A stretch of 64,000 bases of DNA from Geosiphon pyriformis uo1 (taxonomy: Eukaryota; Fungi; Glomeromycota): assembly GCA_016748015.1 (NCBI GenBank), contig JAAOMT010000034.1:558001-622000 (forward strand), in the 5' to 3' direction. The notes beneath the pieces were generated by a model. That model was not told the origin of the DNA, did not search any database, and saw only the letters and a list, made by a program, of their open reading frames with translations. Numbering within the stretch: the stretch's first letter is position 1; every line of letters begins with the position of its first letter. Shown piece by piece: positions 38,763 to 52,808 of the stretch. A program made the position numbers and the translations under genes.

Positions 38763-41700
38763 CCTTAAATGGCTGTCACTTTTTTTACTGCTCAGACTTC
38801 AGATTCCAATAAACAATTAATAGATAGACTTACAGCCAATTTTGTCTGGTTATTAGAGTCTTTAGTCCAAGCAGTCAAAAAGAATTAACAATTCTAAAGA
38901 TCCAGATTTAAACTTTGTTTTAATTAGTCCCAGCAATCACTATATCAAAGACAACAAAATGGTTTATTTGTATGCTACCACTATAAATTAACTAGACATT
39001 TCTCAAGAAATTGTAACAATTCTCTCTTATTCTTTCCAGTCTTTAGAAACAATGACAATTAAAACAACAGAATCATTAACAACAATGTCCTCAATTAAAA
39101 ATCCAATCAAGCCAACATTAATTTCTTTGGAGAAGATCCCCTAGTTAAAATTATTGTTTATCAGCCTTTAAACTAGTAGGTGCACTTTTAAAGAATAAAA
39201 GTGCAAGCTAACTAGAAAAAAACCTCTTTTACACTTTTAATTTAACTAATAATGACCATAACATAGATAAATTGGCAATCAACACTTTTGATTTAACAAA
39301 AAAGAAAAAAAAAGCCAAAGTTAATTTTGCCTTGAACTTCAATAAAGCTTTTTCATTAACTGTTGATAACAATAAGCCACCAAAGATTAAAGTTTTTAAG
39401 AATTCTCCAAAGTTAGAACTCCCAAAAATAGTACAAAAATCTAATATCTATTCTATTGTTAAAGATTTCATGAAAATCCCAGTGCATATAACTTTTGGCC
39501 AATTAATAACCCATCCACAATTCAGAAAAAACCTTTACAAATCTCTGATTTCAAAGAAAAAAACACTAAAAGCCAACAAGTGCTTTCATTAAACTGGACT
39601 TGTTGACAACAGCAATGTTACTTCTCTTATTTGCAAAGTCCAAGTGGCTGATTACTTTATTGACTTAATCCTAAACAATATATTATCTGTAAATATTATT
39701 GCCAAACACTTCCTGGAAGTTATTAGTAGAAAGATTAATGAATTTTTAACTAGACCAATAATTAATATACACAGTAACAAAAAGAAAGAGCTTGGCATAG
39801 CCAAAACGGTTTCTGTTTGCATTAATGACATTAGCATTGAAACTAACATAGAAATATCTAAAGCAAAAAAGTATATTATAATTGTAAACAATGAGTGGTT
39901 TGTCAAAGCACTATTTGACTATAAACTTTGTAAACTAACTATCAGATGTGATAAAAAACCCATTATGATTAAGTACTATTATTGGACAACTCCTTTAGTA
40001 CTTAAGCAAAGTCAAGAAAATAAACAATCAGATAAATCAGATAATGAAAAGAGCAATGAAAAAAAAAATCAAAAAAAACAAAAAAAACCTGCTAAATTCA
40101 TTTATACTATCTTTACTAGCAATAACAAGCTACTAGACAATATTAAAACTAACAAAGAAAGAATTATTGTAAATAGCAAGCTAATTTGCTGGTTTTACTA
40201 TAATATCCTTAGAAGAATTTTTAATAGAAAACCAGACAAGAAAGCAAAATACAGTTATTAGTGACATAACCCTTATGTTTAGTGCTAGTGTAATAAACTT
40301 TTGTATTTTCCTAATAATGAATGCAAATTCTGTCTAATCTACTACAAAGATTGGAAACTTATTAGTCTAATACTAAGAAGAGAAATAAAAGAAGTACAAA
40401 AGTCCTTTAAGAATAAACCACCTAAAATCTAATTACTTGTAATAAAACAAAGAAAACTTTTCTTAAAAGAAAAAAAATAGACATTGAAAATCTGTTGGCT
40501 AGAAATAGCTTAGTTATCTCAAAAAAAAGTGATATCTTTAGATGAATTTATATAATACAACACACTATTATTACCAGAAAAACTTGTCCTATCTATTTAA
40601 AGTTTTATCAATTCAATCAACACAATAATAAGTTCATCAAGAAAGAGATAAACCAAATAAAAAATCTTGAATTCATACAAAAAATCAAGAATAAATAGGC
40701 TTTTTTAGTTGTAGTGATATTCAAAAAAGATAGAACCTTATGTTTTTGTGTTAATTATCACTAATTAAATGTTATTACTATAAGAAACATATACCTACTT
40801 CTTAAAATTGATACAATACTAGACAAATTTAATGGTACTGCTTTCTTTTTAACCATTGATTTAACTGCTAAATTCTAATAAGTAGAAATAAATTCAGAAA
40901 GCAGAAAAAAAACTGTCTTTATTACCAAATATGGCATCTATGAATTCACAGTTATGTCTTTTGGTCTTATTAATGCTCTTTTTATCTTTTAATGCCTAAT
41001 AAACAAAGTGTTTGAATCAATAAAAAAAAACTTTGTTTTGGTCTATTTGGATAATATAATAGTATACTTAAAAACTTGGGATAAATACTTAGAACATTTA
41101 CAAAAAGTTTTTAATCTTCTTAGAAATGCTGGTCTTAAGATCAATCCAATCAAATTTTTTTTTGGATGTCAATTTATCCAGTTTTTTGGTTATTTTATTA
41201 TAAAAAATAAAATCTTTTCTGACTCAGCTAAAGTTAAAAAAGTTCAGAACATTAAACAACCAATGAATATTCCTGAATTATGCTTTTTTCTTGGTTTGGC
41301 TTCTTACTACCACAAATTTATCAAGAATTTTTCTAAAATCACCTTTCTTTTTAATCAGCTACTCAGAAAAAATGTTAATTATCATCATTAACAAAAAGCT
41401 TTTAAAACTCTGAAGAAAAAACTTATTACTGAACCAATCTTTAAACAACCTAATTTGGACCAATCTTTTATTCTGCACACTGATGCATTTGGCTATGAAC
41501 TTAATACTGTTTTTTCACAAAAAGATGAAGATGGCAAAAAACATGTTATAACATATGTCAATAAAACTTTCACGTCAGCAGAACAGAACTATTTAGTTAC
41601 TAAACAAGAATGCTTAGTAGTAGTTTAGACTACTAGCTACTGAGACCAATATTTTTTTGGTGTGAAATTTTTAGTAATAACAGATTATCAAGTCTTGGTT

Positions 41701-43258
41701 TGGCTGCACAATAAGAAAAAACTGGAACACAAATAAATAATTCACTGAATATTCCACTTAAATGAATTTGATTATGACATTTAATATCACAAAGAAGCAA
41801 ATTATCAAAATGCTGATGCTTTTTCCAGACTTACTATTCAGTAATAGTACAACTTTTTAACCAAACTAACTTAATTATTAGTATTTTTTTCTTTGACAAA
41901 CATGATAATAAACTTAAATTACTATTTTGTCTTAATAAAATTTTTGAGTTAAGGACAATACTCACCAGAATATACTTAATAGCAAAAAGAACATTTATAC
42001 AAACAATCAAATTTTTATTTGATTTACCAGAACCAACTATATAAAAAAAATAGAAAAATTTCTGACCATTCTTAAAAAGTTATAAAATTTAAAGAAAGAG
42101 AAATTGTGATCTATAACATGCATACTGATTTATTAGCTGAACACTTTGAAAAAACAAAAACAATTCAGAAAATCTTAGCTTGCTATTATTAGTATATCTT
42201 AGGAAAAAACATTGCTGAATACATTAAAATCTGTAACATCTGCCAAAAAAAAAGAAAATCTAGTCATAAAAAAAATATTCATCCAATTTTTGTTGGTTAA
42301 CTATTTAACAGAATTGATATAGATGTTATTAAACCTCTAACAATAACTACTAATAGCAATAAATATATTATTACAGCTACTAATTATCTTATAAAGTGGA
42401 TAGAAACAAGAGCCACTCCAGACCAAACAGTAGTCTCAATAGCCAATTTTATTTATAAAAATATTATTTGTTACCATAACTGTTTCAAAGAATTTTTATT
42501 TGATAAAAAAAAAGCTTTTTTTAGTACACTGGTTAAAAAACTTTGTAGAAAAATGGGAATATGTCATAAACTTTCCTCTTCTTAATACTCTTAGACAAAT
42601 GACCTAATAGAATGTTTTAATAGAATATTATGTAAAATTTTAGCCAAAACCAGTAAAAAAACAAACTTATAAGACAAAGTACTGCCTTCAACTTTGTTTG
42701 CTTATAGAATTGTAAATTATAACATAATAAATTATAAATTTTTTTATTTGCTCTATGGACACATAACAACACTACTAATAGAAACTAATATTAAAATAAT
42801 ATTCTTTAAAGAAATTACAATAGGGAATTATAAAGACATTTTGCAAAAAAAACTTGGTACTATTCTTGACTCATTGGTAGAAACACAAATAATTGCCTTT
42901 GAAAAGATAAACCAATTTCAAAAAAAGCTTAAAAAAAAACTTATAAAACACTTTTTTTAAGTATTAGTAATTTAGTTTTGGAATACTATTCAGACAGAGA
43001 CAATGTCTATAGTAATAAATTTTCTAGCCAATAGAAAAAACTCTTTTTAGTCAACAAAGTTTTGAACAATGGTTCTTATATTCTACAAAATCAATATAAA
43101 ACAATCTTCAATAATTGTCCTATTTATGATATATAATTTAAAAAATATTACAAATAATCTGATTGGTTGCTTGTTGTGATAATATTAATTCAAATAATTA
43201 GCAAAAATTAGGTATAAATAAATGCACTATTTCTAAAACAGAGATATCTTCAATCAAT

Positions 43259-43884
43259 ATGAATAATTATTTTTTGGATCAAAACATTCAAAACATTTTC
43301 TATATTCTTTATAAGTATTGAATCAAAAACTATTCAAATACTACTCTAACTATTGAAAAACAGATCACTATAATTGATAATAATGGAACATATACTGTTA
43401 TTAAACCCAAGAAAACAACTACCAGAAGAGAAAAAATATGTAACAAAATGGATAAATATCTGCTAAAAAGTATAACAACAGCAATACTTTTATCTTTCAG
43501 TACAATTAAAAAAACAATCCAAGAAATCTTACTTATAGACAAAAACTTATTATATAAAAGACAATTAAAATTCTATGGTCACTTTTATAAAACCATAAAA
43601 GATATGAAACTCATAAAAAAAACAATTTCAGAAATCCAGATAGAAATTTTGGATATTATATGATTAGATATTTCAAGAGTTTTAACTATTACTAAAAGAA
43701 CCAAAACTCTTATATAAAGATTTGGTTTCTTAAATACAAAACTCATTTTGTTTCAGATATTATATATCTTATCTACAAAAGACTTCAATAAACTAGTTAG
43801 TTTTAAGCTAAATAAAACTTTTCAAATAGATTATCTTATGAATAACTTGATTTTGCCTAAGTTTAATCTCTTTGGAAAGGATAA
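43259..43884 (+). pseudogene. Accessory ORF3 of element B (decayed)
   Basis: ATG at 43259 is in frame with ORF 43448-43663. It lies between the integrase end and the PPT, with TATAAATA at 43213-43220 upstream. Confidence 0.5.
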
Positions 43885-44572
43885 TATTATGGTTAAAACT
43901 CATATTTTTATTAATTATCACATATATTAGCCACTAATATCATATAATTAGCCATTCTATTTTTAGATAGTGATTATTAATCTGATTATTGACCTAGTTG
44001 TTGATCTAGTCATTAACTTAGTTGTTGACCATTTTTAATAGTTATATAAGCAATAAGTCTCTTAGTTGTAAAAAAATATGATTAAAATAATAAAATAAAA
44101 TTCACTATCAATTACTTCTTCTTATGTTACTTATTTTTTTTTCCCTATTTTTAAGTATCTGAATATCTTGGAATAAAAAATTACTTGTTGGTATTCACAT
44201 ATTTTATTTTTTTTTTTTCTTAATTTGTATTATTAGAATTAGTCTAAGAAGCAATTGCTTGCTTTTGTGATTTATTAAATAAAAAAACAATTAAAAAGCA
44301 CAATAATATCTGTTATTGATTCTAAAAATTACCAAGTTAAAACATAGAATAATAGTAGTGGTGTTATCTTGTTAACAATTATGGACTATTTCTTTACCTT
44401 TAAATTTTCAAAAAAGATTTGTGACTGTAATTTTTATGAGACTAATTACACATATTGAATTCTTACTTATTTAATTTACTTTTTTATTGTAATTCTCTCT
44501 TTGATTATTTTCATTATTCTACAATTCTGTTTTTTCTTGCTATCCATTAGTTTGTTACTCTAATCTGTAATA
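43885..44572 (+). repeat. 3' LTR of element B (688 bp)
   Basis: Direct repeat of 36903-37566 with two extra 12-bp units. Confidence 0.95.
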
Positions 44573-45805
44573 ATATTTATTATAAATTTATAATAAATTT
44601 TGGTTTATTTTTTATAACAAATAATAATATTGTTTTTAAAAATATTAATTATAATATAAATATAAAAATTTATAAAACTTTATTGTTAATATTAGTTAAA
44701 TTTTAATTATTATTAATATTAAAATGTGTTTTTAAAAATAGTTTTTACATAATTAACATAAATTAAAACCAAATTAATGTTTAAATATTTTAATTTTAGA
44801 AACAAATATTGATTAAAACATTAATATATTATTAATTTTATTTGTAATAAAAGATTAATAATTAATCAAATTAAACTTAAAAACTATTTTAAAATTTTTA
44901 ATAATAAATTAGCTAATTATATAATAATACAAATTAATTTTTTTGGTTATATACTTTAACATAATATTTAAATAATGTAAATATTTTTAATTTGGCTAAT
45001 TAAATAAAAATAAAAATTTATATATAAGTATTTAAATATAATTTTATTAAAAAACATTAATTAAAACAAATTTATATTGGTTTAATATTTAGATTTATAT
45101 TTTAAAACTGGTTTTATTAGTTTTAAAACTATTGAATTTAGAATATATATTATAAAAACATTATATAATAAAAAATTATACAAATATTTAATTTAAAATT
45201 ATATAAAATCTTAATATTTTATTGTTTTTAAGTATTTATAATAATAAGTTTTAGTTTTTGCTTTATATAAAACATTAGTTAAAAATTTTGTGTTTAAAAA
45301 TAATTTAATAATACTTTTAAAATTTTTGAATTTGTTAAATTAATTATATTAAAAATTATAACCAAAATTTAATTATTTAAAACAATATTTTATAATAATT
45401 ATAAAAAAAATAAAATGCTTTTTAAAATTTTTATTAATAATAATAATTTATATATAATAAAGTTATATATTGTTTTGATTTATTTACAATTAAGTTTTTT
45501 GAATTAAAATAATTAATGTTTATTAATATGTATAATAATTTGAAATTTTTTTAAAATACATAATTTTGTAAATTAATTTATAAAAAACAGTAAATTTAAG
45601 ATTAATGTTTATACAAGTTAATATTATTTCAATTAGTTTAAATGGCTAATTATATATAAAAAATATATAAATATAATTATTATAAAATATTTTAATTTTG
45701 TATTATAGTAAAAAATTGGGTTATATTTTATTACAACAAAAAATTACTTAATTTTAGTTTATAAATTTATTTATTTTGATTTTTTTAAATTACTAAAAAA
45801 ATAAA

Positions 45806-48800
45806 ACTCTTTCTTTTATTGATTTTCTGGTCATAATAAGAACATAAAATTGCCAAAAAAATAACTTTTCTTATTTTTTTTTTCTTTTTCACTTTTAGTT
45901 ATTTTTTTTAATATACTTATTTTTGTTGCTATAAAACTAGTAGGCTTTTCTGTTGGTGGCTCTGGTTCTGGTTTAGCTAAATTGAAGACCCAGTCTAACA
46001 CTAAAAAAAAGTGCATATTAAGAGTATCTATTTTTATGGTTTTTTATATAAAAAGCCAAAAAAACTTAATGTTTTTGGTAACATAATAGAATTATTAATT
46101 GGCTCTTTATCTGTTAACATGTTGCAAGCTAATAAGAATAAATACAAAAAATCTTAAAATAGTAAGATAAATAGTAAAAAAAACAGTGTTAATAAAATGT
46201 CAAATATTAAAAACATAAAAAACACAATTGCAAAAGAAATGAGTTACATAGATTCTAATGCTTTTAAAACAAATAACATAATAAATGACATGACATGACT
46301 CTAAAAAACACAAATAAGGACATATGTTTTAAGACAGCTGTTAAGTATGTCTTTTTTTAAAGTTTTAAGTAATAATAATAATCCAAATTGGTGCTTTTGG
46401 TATTTAAATTTGTTGGTTCCAAAAAATTGTCATTAGCCAAGTTATAAAATAAAAAAATTAGAAATTTTGGTTCAATAAAGTTTTTTGCACTGGATGTTAA
46501 ACTTTTTGCAATGTTTGATAAAACATTTAGAGATAATTTTTTGTTTATTAAAAAAATTTTATCATATTAACAGTTTTGAAAAAGCATCAACTCTCCCAAA
46601 ATTTTTAGGCATTATTAGATTAATCTTTATTTCTTAACTAAGCTTAAACAAAGCTAAGAAATTGATTATTAGTAAAAAATTTTTAGCAAATAATAATGTT
46701 AGAAAAACAAACAATTGTACAGATTGGAAAGTGATTATTAAAAAAATCTCAGTAAATTTTCTTAAATTGACAGTAGAATTAGTCTTTTCTAAATTTAGTA
46801 AGATAGTTTTAATTAAAATACAGCTGATTGGTCTTTGGCAAAAGACTTTAGTAGAGTTTGAATTATCAGATATTGCTGGTTTGATTGCTTCTAAATGATC
46901 AGTTTTTATGGAAAAAAATTCTGTGTGTGTGACATTAACTGTTAATAAAAAATAATTATGAATATCTAGAGATTTTTATCAGACTTTATTATATACTTTG
47001 TCTGTTAGCATTACTGCTTATGATTTTTTTGATTTGTTGAAATCATATAGTAAGAAAACTTGTTTTATTGGTCATAATTTAAGTTTATATATGCATAACA
47101 GATGTGCTATAATTTTTTTTGTTAATAAAACATCCAAGAAGACTGCTATTGATTTTATTCCAGTTTTTAAAGGTGTACATTTGTGCTGAACTGGTTTTTT
47201 TTTGGCTTATTGTGTTTAATATGAGCAATTTGGTCATGTATCTAATATGTGTTTAATAAATAAAAATCTGAATGGTCACAATAAATAAGTGGTTAATTTT
47301 TAGAACCAAATTTGTTTAATAAATATATATTTAAAAAACAAATACCAATTGTTTATTTGGTTTTATTTGGTGAAAAAACTTGGGCTTAAATTGTTGGTAA
47401 TTTTATTTTTTATATAATGCCTTTGGTTTTTTCTGGTGCTGGTTTATCTTTGAATATTAAATTTTTTTTACTAATGTCTTTGAACTTGAATATAGGTTTG
47501 CTGCTCTTGAATACAGTTTTACCAGTCTTGTAAAGCAAATTAACAAACTGGTTAAGAAGTTGAATACACTTGGACTAATAGTTTCTCAGCTTAACTTTGA
47601 ATGTTAGTTGTTAGTAACTTTTTTATCATAGAATCAAGAAGTGAATATAGTGTTGAATGAGAGTTTAGATACAGTTACTAGTAATAAGACTGTTGTAAAA
47701 ATAGTATTTTTAGATTAATCAGTAGTTTTTAGATTAGAAAACAGTTTGATAAGTTTCTTAGATATGGTTATAGACTTTTTGGCCAAGATAAATAATATTG
47801 TTTTGGATTCAGATTTTTTTTTATCTCAATAAACAGTCTTGTTTGAAAGTTTGCTACATATAATATTTGGAGTATTAATATTCTTGCTAAGCAAAAGGAT
47901 GTTGTTTATTAATATACAAATTTGAGTAATATGGTTTTTTTATTATGAAGATAAAGTTAAAGGCTAATATTAAATCTTAAATTGCAAATAAGTTTAATAA
48001 AATACAAATATTCATGTCTGAATTGGATAAAAGTTTTTTCAGTGCTGAAATAGTTATTGTTATAAGCAATTCTTGGTTTAATATGTTTTTAAGATTAAAA
48101 AGATTCTTGGTCATGTTATTTTGATATAGCTTTTTTTTAAAAGCAAGCTTTTAGTTATGGTTCTGAGTTTGTATACTAGTGCTTCTACTGATACTAGATT
48201 TGGTCAAGCTTTAGATGTTAATTCTCTTATTGCTAAGACTATTAACTCCAGTACTTTTGTGGTCTTGTGTGAAAATTTTAATGAAAATAAGTCTAAAAAG
48301 AGTGTGAGTTTCAAGTTTTGTTTGGATTTAGGTTTGGTTAACTTATTTGGTGAACACCCATTGGTTAAAACCTCTACTTAGAACAACTTAAAAGGTATTA
48401 AAAAGGTTTTGGATTACATTTTTATAAGTAAAAATTTATTGTTAACAGTTGTTGATTATGAAGTCAACTTTATGTTCACATTTTTTAACACTGATTATAA
48501 GACTGTTTTAATGTTGATTGGTTTAAGTAGTCTCTTAAATATTTATTTAAATAGCATACACAAACAAGCTAATAAAGATTGTTAAAAGTTCAAAATCAAG
48601 AATATATATAGTGCCAAATAGACACAATTTAAGAAATATTCTTTTGTCAAGCTTTTAGTAATAAAAAATATGTTTTTAAAAGCAAAAGCTCATGGTAATT
48701 TAAATATTATGTAGAATTTGCTAAAGAGAGTATTGGTGAAGTCAGTTGATAAAACATTCTCTAAATATTGGTTCAGTAAGTTTTAATATTTACAAAACTG

Positions 48801-51800
48801 GCAGTTTTCTAAGTTTTTTAGATTAGAATTGTTAATTGCTAAGATTATTAAAAAGTTAAGCTTAAGTAACATGCTTGAATTTAATTATTTTGCTAAAAAA
48901 TGGTCAACTTTAAATGATGGCAAGACTTTTAAAATCATAAATATGGTTTAAAACAATAAAAAGTTAATGAATATTTTCAAACAGTTGTTAATGATTTGAA
49001 AAAAGTACAAAAAGTTCAAGCTTTATAAATCAAAATTAGCTGAAAAAGCATATATCAAGAAGGTAATTGAAAAGCACATAAAAAGTTTTTGTTCTAATAA
49101 AAGAGATATAATAAAGAGTATTTTGGATCAGCTTTTTTACAAGATGATTTTAAATCACTTGGTAGTAGAAAGAAAGTTGATTTTGGAGCCAGAAAAAATA
49201 AAACTTAGTATTAATAAGATTATAAAAGGTTAAACAAAAAAATAGGCTGTGTTTTAGGTAATGTTTGATCTATAAACTTGCCAATATACACTATTAAATT
49301 ATGTAAATAATAATGTTTTTTCTGGCATATTAAAAATAAGCAGTATAAAAAAATTGCTCTTGGTGATTAATAGTTTGCTTGATAACAAAGCTGCTGATTT
49401 GTTTGGCATTCTTAATAAACTTTAAAAACATAGTAGTAATAATGTGATAAGATGTCTTTTAGAATTATTAAATACATGTTTGTTCTTTAATAGTGTTTCA
49501 GTTGTATAGAAAAGAGCCTAAGTTTCAATGATCCTTAAATCTTATGACTGAAATAGAGTTTTGATAAACATTTGATTTATTGTTTTAATTGAAACAGCCA
49601 GAAAAATTCTCTTTAAAGTTTTATCCAATTGGATTTTATCTGCATATTACAAGTTTGGTGTTCTCTGTAGTAATAATTTTTTTGTTCTAAAGAACACATT
49701 TACTCAATTTTTTGTATTTGTAATTGGTTCAGTAGTTAAAAATACTTTAGAAAAGAATAGAAAACTTTGGTTGGTCTTGTAAAATATGCACAAAGCATAT
49801 AACTTGGTTGGTTGGTACTACTTAAAAGCTAGCTTGCAATAAATTAAAATATGCAACAAGTTTATAAAATTTTTTGGCAGCATACATGAAGATAAAGTCA
49901 ATAAAGTAATAACTAATTTTGATTTCTTAAGTAAATATAGAGTATATGATAAATTGAATTAGAGTAAAATCTTCTTATTTTTTCTTTGAAGAATTTTTTA
50001 TAATCTACTTTTGTGTAAGATTAAAAGACATAAACATTTGTACAGATACCAGATTAATACCAAGTTTGTGGTTAAAATAAGCAAAATAAAAAATAATGAT
50101 AGAATGTCTTCTTTTTTTGCTGTTAGTATATTTGTGAATGATATAATTTGGATCAGAAATTGTCAAGCTTTTATGTAGTATGCTGTGGATATTGTTAGTA
50201 AATTTTTTTTGATTAATAATATTTTTGTTAATAATAAAAAGACTATGGCTATTTTTATTAATTAGAGTATTAAAGTTGTCTTTTTAAAAATTAATAGCCT
50301 ACCAATTTTAATAGTCAAGAAAAATAAGACTTACAGATATCTAAGAATTTTTTTGTTAACTAAAGAGTTATTCAAGTCAAGTCTGTCCAAGATTTATTTT
50401 AATGTTTAATTTTTTGTTAATGTGGTTTTTAGGAAAGCCATTACAGATAAGCAGTTTTTATATTTAATATTGGCTATTTTGTAACTTATAGTTAATTATA
50501 AGACTCAGTTTAGTTTTGTCTTGTTAAGTATATATTGCAAATAGGATGTTATAATTAGGAAGAATTTCAAGTCTAAAGCTTATTTGTTATGTAATTTTTC
50601 TAATAAAACTTTGTATCATTCTTTCCTATATGATTTAAAATCATTTAAACAAATGCAGTTTGAAGAAAAATTAGTTGTGTTAATTATTTTTTTTAATACT
50701 TTGGACATTATTAAATGCTTGTTTAATTACAAATTCTTAGATTTATAGATTTTAAGATGAGCTCTTTTGAATTTTTTGCAGTTTTTTATTAAGTTATATA
50801 TTAGTCCAGTAAACAATTTTTTGGTTAAGGTGATAAAAATTTTTTTGGACTTTAAATTATAATTTGTCCAATGTATTTTATAGTCCTAATAAGTTTCTAA
50901 TATTAGTTGTTTTGAGGCAATTCTTGTACTTTAGTTTGGTTTATTTTTTAAAGTGATTTGGAATTGTATTTGGTAATAGGCTTTTAGATAAAAAGTTCAA
51001 TATAATAGATTAAAAAACTTTTTGTTATTAGAAAAAGTTAAATTCTAAAGACTCTGTACCTTATTTATTTAAGATTATATTAAAATTTTTACATGATAAA
51101 AGGTTTTTATTGATTGATTTAGCTGAGACAAATCTGTTATTTGGCTTGAATATTTTGAATTCTAAAAATTTTTTTAATGTATAAAGTTGTTTATATAAAA
51201 TTTGGTTTGGCTCTATATAAATATATATAGATAGATTTTTGAAAAATGCTGGTTTTGCTGATGTTGTTAATAAAACTGCTACTTATTTCCTGACTGTAGA
51301 CATGAGTATTAGTATAAAAATACATAGACTTCTGTTTTTTATTATGGCTAAATTGCAGACTGTTGCTTTGTTTTTGAAGTGTGTTCTATTTTTCTGTACA
51401 GTAATTTTGTATTTAGACAACTAAGCCATTATTAATACATATGTATCTAAATTAATGTTAATTATATTTGACTTTTATAATTAATACTGAATAGAAAAAA
51501 GACATATTGTTAATTTAATTAAAGATAAATATCTTATTGTAAATTAAATAAAAATTAAAAGTTATTTGGAAATTTCTGGCAATAAAAAAGCTAATATAAT
51601 TATAGACAAGACTACTTATTCTCTTTTTTTTTTGTTAAAAGAGGTGTAAGAATATTTTTTAATAGTTAAAAGCACAGCTGTATTTAACAATACTCATTAT
51701 TTTGTTTGAGATTTATTTAAGTTTATTAGTTATGTTTGATGAAAAGCTAGTTTTGGTCATAATATTATTTTAAATACATTAATTAAAAAAGTAAATTGAG

Positions 51801-52630
51801 TGACTATAGCTAAAATTTGGCATCTTAATTTGCATATGCTTTCTGAATTTACTAATAAAAAGTCTGTTAATCTGTACATGTACTTGATAAAAACTGTATA
51901 TAGATAACTATTGGTGGTAGTTAAGAAGAGATTATATAATAAAAGATATCTTAAAATACTGTGTTTATTGTATAATAAAGTAAAATTATTTGATTATATT
52001 TTTACTTATGTTTAAGATATTGGTATTTATAAAGAAATTTTGGTTGAAGTTTTTGCATAATAAGCCACATTAGTAGATGCTTGTAATTAAGTTTTTTTTA
52101 TTGTTTTGTAAATACTCTCTAAATATTCTTTAAATATGAATCTGTATACAGTAGTTTGTAAGAGTTTTGTATTAAAAAATTGGTGCATAAAAACTGTTGG
52201 AGTTTTTGATAGAAGAAAGGAAACTATCTTTGCTGTTATTGAATATGTGAAACATTTGGTAAAATTGCATTATATTAAGACATAATTGGTAAGATTTAAA
52301 CATAAGATGAATATAGAAAAAGCTAAATTGGTTGAAAATAGTGGTTTAATATCTGAATTGTCTTGTAGTGTAGTGTTTATGCTGTCAAATGGAGTGGTTA
52401 AGTTGCTTGGTATTATTGAGTCTTTTGCTGTTAGTTTTGGTAGGTTCTTTTTTTTTTGGTTTGGGTAGTAATATACATGTTTGTATAGGTGTATAGTGTT
52501 GTCTTGTCTGGCTTGAGTGGCTAGTCATATGTAGTATGAGCATGAGTCGCATTTAGTTTGAGCCACTTAGTTTGGTTCTATGTAATAGATAGCAGTTGGG
52601 CTTCACTCAATAAATTGTTATTAAAAAAAA
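45806..52630 (+). mobile_element. Full-length LINE (ORF1; ORF2 = APE-RT-RNase H-CCHC), heavily mutated, with polyA signal and tail
   Basis: ORF1 ~45931-47832, ORF2 from 47829. APE (ENFNE, LDYIF); RT (IVLIETARK, LWLVL..MHKAY, IFVNDIIW = FVDD at ~50130); RNase H (IYIDRFLK = YTDGSLK at ~51220, MAKLQTV, LYLDN*); CCHC-like at ~51960. AATAAA at 52609-52614 and A8 at 52623-52630. Confidence 0.93.
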
Positions 52631-52808
52631 TTGTTTAATTTGCTGTGTTTTTACTAATTATTGTTTTAAAATTTAATAAAAAAACAAAAAAACTTGTTTT
52701 TTTAAAAGGTTTGTAAAAATTCAGTTAATAATTTGATTGTTAATTATATTAAGTTGTATAACAAGAATTTGATTTCTTTTCCCCAGTTTAATCGTAATTG
52801 TTCTTATC

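Larger units (their letters stand above)
36903..44572 (+). mobile_element. Full-length Ty3/Gypsy family B (gag-PR-RT-RH-IN-ORF3, no dUTPase), TSD ATAT; heavily mutated
   Basis: LTRs 36903-37566 and 43885-44572; ATAT at 36899-36902 and 44573-44576; PBS at 37573; PPT ggaaagg at 43874. Gag QDPIEWL..FERAA, RT VMSFGLINA/VYLDNI, RH LHTDA..AEQNY, IN IDIDVI..LFAYR. Confidence 0.95.

Noticed and set aside
45780-52660. Target-site duplication around the full-length LINE
   Set aside because: Flanks are A/T-only and no convincing direct repeat could be identified.
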